A stretch of 62,320 bases of DNA, the filler included. It is 5 parts of 5 records of this genome, joined end to end, with 100 filler letters (N's around TTAATTAATTAA, not from the genome) between each part and the next. Parts side by side here need not be neighbours in the genome. Positions count along the whole stretch, not along the records: positions 16,219 to 26,879 come from SRR2962707_5380; positions 26,980 to 39,131 come from SRR2962707_5382; 3 more parts are not named here. One strand, written 5' to 3'. The position numbers were made by a program, and so were the translations under genes. Positions 22,401 to 30,543 of this stretch are shown here, in pieces. Under the pieces are notes generated by a model. It saw only the letters and a list, made by a program, of their open reading frames with translations, was not told the origin of the DNA and ran no database searches. Within the stretch, counting starts at the first letter, position 1; each line of letters starts with the position of its first letter.

Positions 22401-25400
22401 AGAAATGGCAGCTGCTGCCACAGCAGCGTCTGATGCGATGATGGAACAGAGACCAACTTTGCCACCAGGTGTGCAGCCCCCACTGTTCTTTTCGGAAGTG
22501 AGCGCTGGCCCTGGAAAACAGTGTGTCATTGAGGTACGCCGCTTGAATGTTGCTTGCACATGGTGGCCAGCGTAAATTTTCGACGCCCCATCATGCGTCT
22601 TCCCAACAAGCTGACAGGCGTGCGCGGGTTTGCGTTGTCGAAGATTTTCAACCCAGCCAGGTTCCCAGTGCCGCTTGGGTTATACACGCTCCGCATTTCG
22701 AATGTCGTGGAGCGAGACGATGCCATTGCGGCGGAGGGCATCGACTATGAAAGTGAAACGTTGTCCAAAGACCTGTGGGCAAACGTCCCGGACACAGAGT
22801 TACCTTGGGACGTAATTGTAGATCCGGGCGAGGTATGCTGGTGTGGGTTGACTCATCATTCGAACATAGAAACGACTGTGTCACGAGGGATCCAACATGT
22901 CTGGGCTTTGCCTGGTCATAGGTGATTGTGCTGGCAACATCAATGGCAGGGTTCAAGAAATGGGGCAAGGTGAAAAGTAACATTGAAGGGACTGTGGTCA
23001 TCAAAGAACTTCGTTGTGGCTCGACATTTGCAATTGGGCTGGCTTTTGATGGGGATGTCATGGATGTTGTTGGTGACGTTGCCGGAAAAGGGAGTAGCGA
23101 ACCCGGACGCAGCGGTCGAGGTGGCGGCTTTTCAGTTGCTGGGGTGGAAGGTGGAACGAACAAGGGTACAATCATTCGTCGCGAGTTTGTTGCTGCGCCT
23201 TCATCGCACTGGAACGTCTCAGCTGGCACGAATGCTGTGAATTCAGAATGGCGCGTTGAATCTACCAATACCCCTGTCCCCGACAATCTCGGCTTTCATG
23301 AACACACGGCTACTGTCGTTGAGTGAGTCAAGGTGCCTGGTCTCGCATTTTCACCACTCCCAGGGTGCATAGCTGTCGTTGATGCCTTCGAAGTGAATGT
23401 GCTTGTAATTGCCCACTTGGCCATTGCATTAGGTACGAAGTTGATGCGAGTAGCGGTGCAGTGTTAGCAACGGGGGTACAAGTGAAAGGGTGCACTCGAA
23501 CGGATGCGTGCAATTACTACACCAAGGCAACCCAAGATGATGGCAGTTGTCTTATGCCACTTCGATTTCACGATTGTAGTGGCGCATGTACGATCAACAG
23601 AGACTGCCATGGCGTTTGTGGAGGCCATGCAACTGTTGACGCTTGTGGTGTTTGCGGGGGAGACGGACAGAGTTGCGTGGCAAAACCTTGCGTTGGTTGG
23701 GAGCGCATCGCCGGCCGCACGCGAGGCCGCACTCGTCAGCATTTGTACAACGTGTCCGACTGCCGACCTGACGAAGACATGCCACCTGGCTTTTCATGCA
23801 CGGCACGTGTTTGCGACTCATAATGCTTTTTGGTCCGAAGCGTGCTGCTTAGAGGTGGCTTGACAGCTTGGTGATTGTGAAAACAGGTTCGGTGCGCCGA
23901 AGAATACTTTGGCGAGCCCACTACTTTCGAATGTCCCCCCGACAACCACGTTCCAAACACACAACTGCAAGGCGTGTGGCCGAAATGCTCACCAATGAAG
24001 AAGATGGTCAAGTTTGATGTGGCTTCGACGTTTAATTGCTGGAAGCGTGATGCGTGCACGTGTGCATCAATGTTTAAGCTGAGTGGTCCACAGGTAAGCG
24101 CGTGGCGTTGCTCACTTGAAGCAGTGAAGTCGATACTTGTTTCTATCTGTTGCACCTTACTTTGTGGCTTCGCATGCATCATAGATTGTGCGCGTTCATA
24201 GTTCTTTGCGAAAAGAGCTTGGCACATTACAGGCTTGCCTTCAAGATTGTGTGGCTTCACCGTTATGTAACTATGCCTTTGTTACAGAACGAACAGAGGA
24301 ATGCCACCTGTAAGTGCAAACCCAAACAGTCGAGCAAAGATTCAACACGTAGTCACTAAGCTCCTAATCTTGTGTTACCTGTGTGCGCGCGAAAACATGT
24401 AGCTATTCTGATTGCCGTGAGACGCGTCAGCCCCTTAATCGGGGCCGCAGTTACGCCAAAGAGTTTGCGCCTGGAGGAGGGTGCTTAGATATTGCGAGCT
24501 GCAATTACAACGGTTCGGCCGTGTACCAGGATTCATCGTGCCAGTAAGTTGGAGTGCCCATGTTTTTGAATGCGCGCTCATGGCTGTGTGGCGTACCTGG
24601 GGAGCAGGATACTGAGTCTCTGGTGCCGATTTCTTTAATAACTTTCGCGATCTCCCAAGGTATCCGGCGCCAAACCACGACTGCACAGGAAAGTGTTTAG
24701 TGGCATTGGATTGCGCGGGCGTGTGTGGAGGTTCCACGCAGGAAGATGCATGCGGGGTCTGCGGAGGAAAGACAAAATCGGTCGATAAATGCCACGGCAG
24801 TGCCGCCGCTGCAAAACACCCGGTGCCGCCGCCACCACCACCCACGCGCATAGGTTCTAAAGCTCCACCACCCCCACCACCCCCGACCCGCCGCAGCAAA
24901 GCGGCCCAAATTATTAATGACGTGAAAAAGGCTGCTCAAAGACGTGGGGCTGCCGCCCCCCCTCCTCCTCCTCCCCCTCGCGGCGACAGTGGAGCAAATG
25001 GAGACGCCACAACATCGAACGACATTGCGCTGGCCGGGAGTACCGTCATCGACAGAAATGAGCCTGCTGAAAAGGATATTTCTCTCACAGACTCGCCGCA
25101 TCTCGTCAAGGGTGTTGCGATTGATAATTGGGACAACGAAGCGGTTACCACGTGGCTTAAGCGCATAGGGCTGCCATCTGAAGCAATTTCCCAATTCGTT
25201 GAGTGGGATGTTGATGGGTCAATGTTGCTGGAGTTGGATGATGTACGTAGCCTGCTAGTTAGTGCATGTCTGGGATTTTTAACAGCGGTCCCTTGTTCTC
25301 GACGCTCTCATTTTGCCCATGTTTGCTTCTGCAATAGGCTGACTTCGAAGACATGGGAGTAATTTCTCATTCGCCCGTGCTTGTGCCAAGCATTGACGCA

Positions 25401-25640
25401 GCCTTTGAGATTGCAACAGCGTTGGAGGAGCAGCAGCTGGCCTCGCTGGATGTTGAGGATTTGGAGGCGCAATTGGGCGAGCTGGACGGAGAGGTTCGAA
25501 GCGGGTTGGCGTTGATTTGTGCTTGTCAAAGAGAGAAACATGGGCGTGCCGTGTGATTATGTGCCGGTGGTGTGGTGATCGTATCGTAGATTGCCGACGA
25601 GCTTGAGGAAAGCCTCGGGTTTGATGAGGGGTTTGGCTAA
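16435..25640 (+). CDS. Eukaryotic 23-exon gene for a ~2366-aa multidomain Cys-rich protein (signal peptide, WW x2, Cys repeats, PAN-like x4, LTD-like, sushi-like, poly-Pro, SAM)
   Basis: Hand-spliced introns: 17469-17584, 17664-17752, 18079-18164, 18360-18455, 18609-18684, 18875-18953, 19280-19425, 19916-20013, 20412-20510, 20908-21003, 21155-21225, 21866-21952, 22199-22280, 22534-22643, 22833-22921, 23323-23432, 23803-23886, 24094-24184, 24310-24402, 24544-24659, 25243-25337, 25494-25589. The joined CDS is 7101 nt, in frame, and split motifs are restored across junctions. Confidence 0.8.
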
Positions 25641-25838
25641 AGCAGCAACCTCACGAAGTCATGATGGTCGAACGAACCACCGAGCAACTCGTCTTGCGCC
25701 GATTGACGGTCGCCGAAAGAATATCTCACGTTCAGCGACAAGGGCATTGGCAATTCATTTTATTTGGTTATTTTATTAAAATTAGGTTAGTTATTATATC
25801 AGAAAGAACTGATGCACAGTTCAGCACACGATCACAAA

Positions 25839-26546
25839 TCAAAGATTGTCGTCGTTGTCCAATCCCCATTGGCGAGTCTGAGTCGATTGTCGCTGACCAT
25901 TTCCCCGCAGAACGCTGTTAAAGAAACCGGCAATGCCTCCGATTATGAGCCCCACTGGCAAGCAGTAGTGCTCTTCATGAATCAAGGCATTCCGCAATGC
26001 CCAGCCATGTTTGTCTTCGACATCCATCACGCCAAAAATAAGCCCAAAGACAAACCCCATGACGATTGAGGTGCCGAGCACCAGGTGCACCTGGTCTTTG
26101 GACTCAACCAAGGCCACCGCGTCGTTGTTCTGGCAGGTCCCAACGAGCCAGTTGAGGAGGTCCATGAAGGAAAACGTGAACGCGAAGCAAACTGACATGC
26201 CGAGCAGTGAGTACAGCGGGATCTTGAAGCCGGCCCGAAAGTGAAACCAGTGGGTGTCAAGAAAGATACACAACGACCCGGACACAATAACCATGATGGC
26301 GAATCCAACAAGAACACGGCGCATGGGACTGGCAATCGGGTGGGCTTTCGCACGGATCCGCCAGATAATGACCGCACCAATGGCCGTGAATAGAATGCCG
26401 AAGTACACCGAGAAGAACGTGTTGAAACTTATCTCCGCCAGGGTGCAGTTGACTACCCACGACACGATGACGCCAAGGAGGGCTCCCCCGGCGATGCTCA
26501 TGATGGCATTCAGCACCGTGACTTTTGATGTGTCAAACATGGGCAT
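25839..26546 (-). CDS. Intronless multi-pass membrane protein of unknown function (about 6 TM)
   Basis: Alternating hydrophobic helices, e.g. NCTLAEISFNTFFSVYFGILF and GLIFGVMDVED; convergent with the giant gene. Confidence 0.75.
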   Translation of the reverse strand: MPMFDTSKVTVLNAIMSIAGGALLGVIVSWVVNCTLAEISFNTFFSVYFGILFTAIGAVIIWRIRAKAHPIASPMRRVLVGFAIMVIVSGSLCIFLDTHWFHFRAGFKIPLYSLLGMSVCFAFTFSFMDLLNWLVGTCQNNDAVALVESKDQVHLVLGTSIVMGFVFGLIFGVMDVEDKHGWALRNALIHEEHYCLPVGLIIGGIAGFFNSVLRGNGQRQSTQTRQWGLDNDDNL

Positions 26547-26855
26547 CTTGTGGGCGGCAACTGCAAGATACCAACCACGAAACAAAGGATCGAGCCCGAA
26601 GAAACCCAAAAAAATCGAACAACACTCAAGTATTGTTTTTTCATCGCGTTGAGCGAGCGCACAAAGCCTTCTCGAGAGACCAAACGATTAATTCGCTCGA
26701 GTGAGGAAACCAACCACGGCGCGAGGTCGACGCGAGTTCGCGAGTCAGGAAAGCGAGAAGGGTTCTGACAACTGCGCGCGTGTGCGTGTGCTGTCGGAGA
26801 TGTTGTTTCTGTGTTGCGGCAGTGAGCGAGCGAGGGAGTAAGCAGATCTAAGTTG

Positions 26856-26879
26856 TGAGTGAGTGAGTGAGTGAGTGAG
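26856..26879. repeat. (GAGT)n microsatellite at the contig end
   Basis: tgagtgagtgagtgagtgagtgag. Confidence 0.85.
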
Positions 26880-26979
26880 NNNNNNNNNNNNNNNNNNNNN
26901 NNNNNNNNNNNNNNNNNNNNNNNTTAATTAATTAANNNNNNNNNNNNNNNNNNNNNNNNNNNNNNNNNNNNNNNNNNNN
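26880..26979. other. Artificial contig linker
   Basis: N44-TTAATTAATTAA-N44. Confidence 0.99.
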
Positions 26980-26980
26980 G

Positions 26981-27055
26981 CTCGAAGGTGGCTATGACCT
27001 CAAGGGACTTGCAGGGGGCGCGCGAAGCCATGTTTCGACCCTCCTGGACCTATAA
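26981..27055 (+). CDS. C-terminal end of a histone-deacetylase-family protein
   Basis: LEGGYDLKGLAGGARSHVSTLLDL*; LEGGY is the family C-terminal motif. Confidence 0.7.
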   Translation, partial: LEGGYDLKGLAGGARSHVSTLLDL

Positions 27056-27085
27056 GATGAACGAGATTTGAGTGAGCGAACGAGT

Positions 27086-27337
27086 ATGGCTGACACGGCA
27101 CAGGACGATGTGAAGAAGCTGAGCTTCGAAGCGGCGCTGGAACAGCTCGAGCAGATCGTGGCCAAGCTCGAAAGCGGCAAGGCCCCCCTGGCCGAGTCGA
27201 TCGCCATTTATGAGCGCGGGGAGGCTCTCAAGGCCCATTGCGAAGCGCTGCTCAAGACTGCCGAGGCGCGGATCGAGAAAATCACGCTCAATCGCGAAGG
27301 CAAGGCGGTGGGGACCGAGCCGCTGGACGCGGGCTGA
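27086..27337 (+). CDS. xseB: Exodeoxyribonuclease VII small subunit
   Basis: [31 protein letters not shown]. Confidence 0.95.
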   Translation: MADTAQDDVKKLSFEAALEQLEQIVAKLESGKAPLAESIAIYERGEALKAHCEALLKTAEARIEKITLNREGKAVGTEPLDAG

Positions 27338-27347
27338 GTTTGCTGGA

Positions 27348-27383
27348 TACCCCCTCCCAGCCTCCCCCTGATAGGGGGAGGAG
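27348..27383. repeat. Short palindromic intergenic repeat (REP-like)
   Basis: CCTCCCCCT-GAT-AGGGGGAGG; resembles the hairpin at 30441-30467. Confidence 0.55.
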
Positions 27384-27421
27384 CGCAGTAGTGTCTGCCG
27401 AGACATCGAGATTTTAGGCCC

Positions 27422-28021
27422 ATGACAACCAACGCCACCCTTCGCAATTTCCGCATCGTGCTGTGGGTGCTGGTGGCCGTGGCGGCGATCGGGGCGACGG
27501 CGCTTTATGTGTTCAGGCCGCCGCAGCGGCCGCTGGGCGTAACGGGACAGGAATTTGCGCTGGCCTCGACACAGGGCGGCAGCTTCACCCAGAACGATCT
27601 GCGTGGCACGCCGAGCCTGATCTTTTTCGGCTATACCTTCTGCCCTGATGTGTGCCCGACAACGCTGGCGGAAACCACGGCCTGGCGCGCCCAACTCGGG
27701 CTGGCGCCGGAGGATTTGCGGATCATCTTCGTGACTGTCGATCCCGAGCGGGATAGCCCGGAAATGGTCAAGGCCTATGTCGAAGGGTTCGATCCCAGCG
27801 TGATCGGGCTGGTGGGCAGTGTCGAGGAAACCGAGAAGGCCAAGGCCGCCTTTGGCGTGTTCTCGGAAAAATCGGGCGATGTGGACAGCGAATTCTATCT
27901 GGTCGATCACACCGCGCTGACCTTCCTGATCGACGCGGATGGTACCTTTGAAGGCACGATTGCCTATGAGGAAGCCAGCGACACTGCGCTTGGCAAGATC
28001 GAGCGCATGGTCAAGGGGTGA
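27422..28021 (+). CDS. SCO1/SenC copper chaperone
   Basis: N-terminal TM, FFGYTFCPDVCP, TVDPERD and YLVDH. Confidence 0.93.
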   Translation: MTTNATLRNFRIVLWVLVAVAAIGATALYVFRPPQRPLGVTGQEFALASTQGGSFTQNDLRGTPSLIFFGYTFCPDVCPTTLAETTAWRAQLGLAPEDLRIIFVTVDPERDSPEMVKAYVEGFDPSVIGLVGSVEETEKAKAAFGVFSEKSGDVDSEFYLVDHTALTFLIDADGTFEGTIAYEEASDTALGKIERMVKG

Positions 28022-28755
28022 GCCGCATACGGCTTGACCTGGCGCTGGAACAACGCGGGCTGATGCCCAGCCGGGCGCGTGCCCGCGATGCCATTTTGCG
28101 CGGGACGGTCTCGGTCAATGGCGCAGCGGCGAAAAAGCCCCACCAGATGGTGGGTCCCGATGATGTGCTGGCGCTGGACGATCCGGCGGCAGGCTATGTG
28201 TCCCGCGCAGCGCTGAAGCTGATTGCCGGGCTGGATGCGGGACAAATCGATGCTGGCGGCAAGACCTGCCTGGATGTCGGATCATCCACGGGCGGCTTTA
28301 CGCAGGTGCTGCTGGAGCGCGGCGCGAGCCGGGTGTTTGCCGTGGATGTGGGACATGACCAGTTGCACCAGAGCCTGCGGGATGATGCGCGCGTGGTGAG
28401 CCTTGAGGGGACCAATGCGCGGGACCTGGACCGGGAGACAATCACCGACCCGATTGACCTGCTGGTATCCGATGTCAGCTTCGTGTCGCTGACCAAGGTG
28501 CTGGCGGCGCCAATGGCGCTGTGTGGACCGGCGGCCGAAGCGGTGATCCTGTTCAAACCGCAATTCGAGGTGGGGCGGGAATTTGTCGGCAAGGGCGGGA
28601 TTGTCAGTGATCCGGCGGCCATGGAACGGGCGAAGGCTGACGTCGTGGCGTTTGTGGAAGGCGCGGGGTTTGGGTTGCGGGCAAAGGTGGTTTCGCCGAT
28701 TGCCGGCGGTGACGGGAATGTCGAGACGGTGCTGGTGTTCGGGCGGGGTGAATAG
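28018..28755 (+). CDS. tlyA: TlyA-family rRNA methyltransferase
   Basis: S4 domain, YVSRAALKL, LDVGSSTGGFT, DVSFVSL and KPQFEVG. Confidence 0.93.
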   Translation: MSRIRLDLALEQRGLMPSRARARDAILRGTVSVNGAAAKKPHQMVGPDDVLALDDPAAGYVSRAALKLIAGLDAGQIDAGGKTCLDVGSSTGGFTQVLLERGASRVFAVDVGHDQLHQSLRDDARVVSLEGTNARDLDRETITDPIDLLVSDVSFVSLTKVLAAPMALCGPAAEAVILFKPQFEVGREFVGKGGIVSDPAAMERAKADVVAFVEGAGFGLRAKVVSPIAGGDGNVETVLVFGRGE

Positions 28756-28765
28756 GCGATCAAGA

Positions 28766-28810
28766 CACCCCTACCCTATCTGCGCTACGGCCTTGCGGCC
28801 AAGCTGCGCT
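28766..28810. repeat. Copy of an intergenic palindromic repeat
   Basis: CACCCCTACCCTATCTGCGCTACGGCCTTGCGGCCAAGCTGCGCT aligns with 30397-30441. Confidence 0.55.
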
Positions 28811-28899
28811 CTGCCATTCGAGCTGCCACTCGAGCATAGCTCTCGCGGCCTTCTCGCCTCCAATCATGCCACTGGCATGATTGACCCTCCGGGACGGCT

Positions 28900-29406
28900 C
28901 TAAGCCTGCACCCAGGCCTCGTAGGGGCCGCCGGCGATCAGGGCCCAGTAGAGCTTGCCCGAATTGGTGCGGGCAAAGGCCAGGCCGAATTCGGTGAAGC
29001 GGTTGGAGAGCAGAGTATTGCGGTGACCCTGGGAGCCGAGCCAGCCTTCGATGGCGGCGGGGAGGGTCTTGTAGCCCTTGGCGACATTCTCACCCACCGC
29101 GAGGAGATAGCCGGCTTCCGAGACACGCTGGCGCAGGGTCACGCCGAGGTCGTGGCTGAGCGTGTCCTTTTGGGCCATCAGCCGCGCCTGGGCGCGGGCG
29201 GCGGCTTCGAGCTGCGGATTGTAACTCCAGCTTCCGGCGCCATTGGCACGGCGAACGGCGTTGATCGTTGCAACGATCTGGTCGCGGGTGAGGTCTTCAG
29301 GCCGGTCCGAGACCTTTGCCGGCAAGGGCGGGATGGTCGAGGCACAGGCCGAGAGCAGGGACGTGGCGAGCAGGGCCAGGGCGACGCGGCGGGTATAATG
29401 GGTCAT
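28900..29406 (-). CDS. CAP/SCP-domain lipoprotein
   Basis: Lipobox LLSAC, GENVA and WLGSQGHRNTLL. Confidence 0.9.
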   Translation of the reverse strand: MTHYTRRVALALLATSLLSACASTIPPLPAKVSDRPEDLTRDQIVATINAVRRANGAGSWSYNPQLEAAARAQARLMAQKDTLSHDLGVTLRQRVSEAGYLLAVGENVAKGYKTLPAAIEGWLGSQGHRNTLLSNRFTEFGLAFARTNSGKLYWALIAGGPYEAWVQA

Positions 29407-29410
29407 GGGG

Positions 29411-30262
29411 TCAGGCCTGGTCGTATGCGCTCAAGAGATTGGGCAGAATGGCAAGATCGGTGGTGACGGGATTGCCATCGACCAGATCCCAGCAGACCGA
29501 AAGGCCCGAATGGGCCGCGGCAAAGCCGAGTACGCGCTTGCGGTTGAAACCCAGCCGCGCGGCGAAGGCATCGGCCATGGCGTTGATGCGCTTGGGATCG
29601 GCAGCCAGTTTGGTGGCGCCGGGCGGATTGCGGAATGCGTTGGCGACTTCGTAGTGCGGATCGCCGGTCAGGCCCTTGGGGTCAATGGCCAGCCAGCCGC
29701 GATCGGACGAGATGATATTGTCGTGGTGCAGATCGCCATGCAGAGGAATTTCCGGCATGGGCTTGTCAAAGAGTTTCAGCGCAATACCGGCAGAGCGCGC
29801 ATAAAGATCGCGCGCGGTATGAGGCCATGTGCGCACATCGGTGTCGAACAGGGCCTGAAAGCGTTGCCGCAGCGGCAGCAGGTCGGCCGGCGCATCGGCG
29901 CGATGGCGGTGGAGGTTGGAGACAACGGTGGCGAGGGCCGTAGTGGCTTCGGCATCGCGGCCATTGCGGGCCGCCTCGCCCAGGGTGCCGCCATCGAGCC
30001 ATTCCATGAAGATGGTATCGCCATGCATGTCGAAGACTGTGGCAGCACCGTCGCCGCCATACCAGGACAGCAGGCGAGCGCCCCTGCCCTCTTCTTCGGA
30101 CACGGCAGGCTTGAGGATCTTGAGGGCAGCGAAATTGCGCCCATTCTGTTCGACGCGAAAGATCCAGCTGCGCGGCGTTTCCGCCACAGGGGTGGACTTG
30201 GTCAGTGACCAACGGATCATGGCACGGCTCAACGCCGTTTCGACGGGGGACTGATTCACCAT
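29411..30262 (-). CDS. Aminoglycoside/hydroxyurea kinase, APH(6)/StrB-like
   Basis: AALKILK, LLSWYGGDGA, PLHGDLHHDNI, LAIDPKGL and YEVANAFRNP. Confidence 0.85.
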   Translation of the reverse strand: MVNQSPVETALSRAMIRWSLTKSTPVAETPRSWIFRVEQNGRNFAALKILKPAVSEEEGRGARLLSWYGGDGAATVFDMHGDTIFMEWLDGGTLGEAARNGRDAEATTALATVVSNLHRHRADAPADLLPLRQRFQALFDTDVRTWPHTARDLYARSAGIALKLFDKPMPEIPLHGDLHHDNIISSDRGWLAIDPKGLTGDPHYEVANAFRNPPGATKLAADPKRINAMADAFAARLGFNRKRVLGFAAAHSGLSVCWDLVDGNPVTTDLAILPNLLSAYDQA

Positions 30263-30396
30263 GGCGCCATTAGAGCAGAAGCGTGGACACGATTCGACGG
30301 TTCTGTGCACGTGACGCGAGAAGGTGATGGAAGTGAGGCGGAATGTGTTTGTCGGGTGCCCCAACTGGTGCTGCCGAGGTGAGGACTGAAGGCGAT

Positions 30397-30467
30397 CACC
30401 CCACCCTAGCTTCGCTACGGCCCTGTGGGCCTAGCGCCGCTACCCTCCCCATCAAGGGGAGGGAGGG
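30397..30467. repeat. Composite palindromic repeat (REP-like)
   Basis: Contains both the CGCTACGGCC..GGCCTAGCG arm and the CCCTCCCC-ATCAA-GGGGAGGG hairpin. Confidence 0.6.
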
Positions 30468-30543
30468 ATGAACACTAGTGCCTCAGCCGACGCGACCCTC
30501 CTCTGAAGGAGAGAGCATGAGGGTGACGTGACCTCGCCGTGTC

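Noticed and set aside
17900-24780. Recurrent TG(T/C)GGnGTnTG(T/C)GGnGG motifs as a possible CRISPR or DNA repeat array
   Set aside because: They vary at synonymous positions and in spacing, and are coding repeats (CGVCGG); no cas genes are present.
16435-25640. Many short Cys-rich ORFs suggesting a pseudogene, frameshifting or a variant genetic code
   Set aside because: All breaks are explained by 71-146-nt spliceosomal introns that give one open frame under the standard code.
29411-30262. APH(6)-like gene as an acquired resistance determinant
   Set aside because: Host-like composition and no mobile-element context; such kinases are commonly chromosomal in Alphaproteobacteria.
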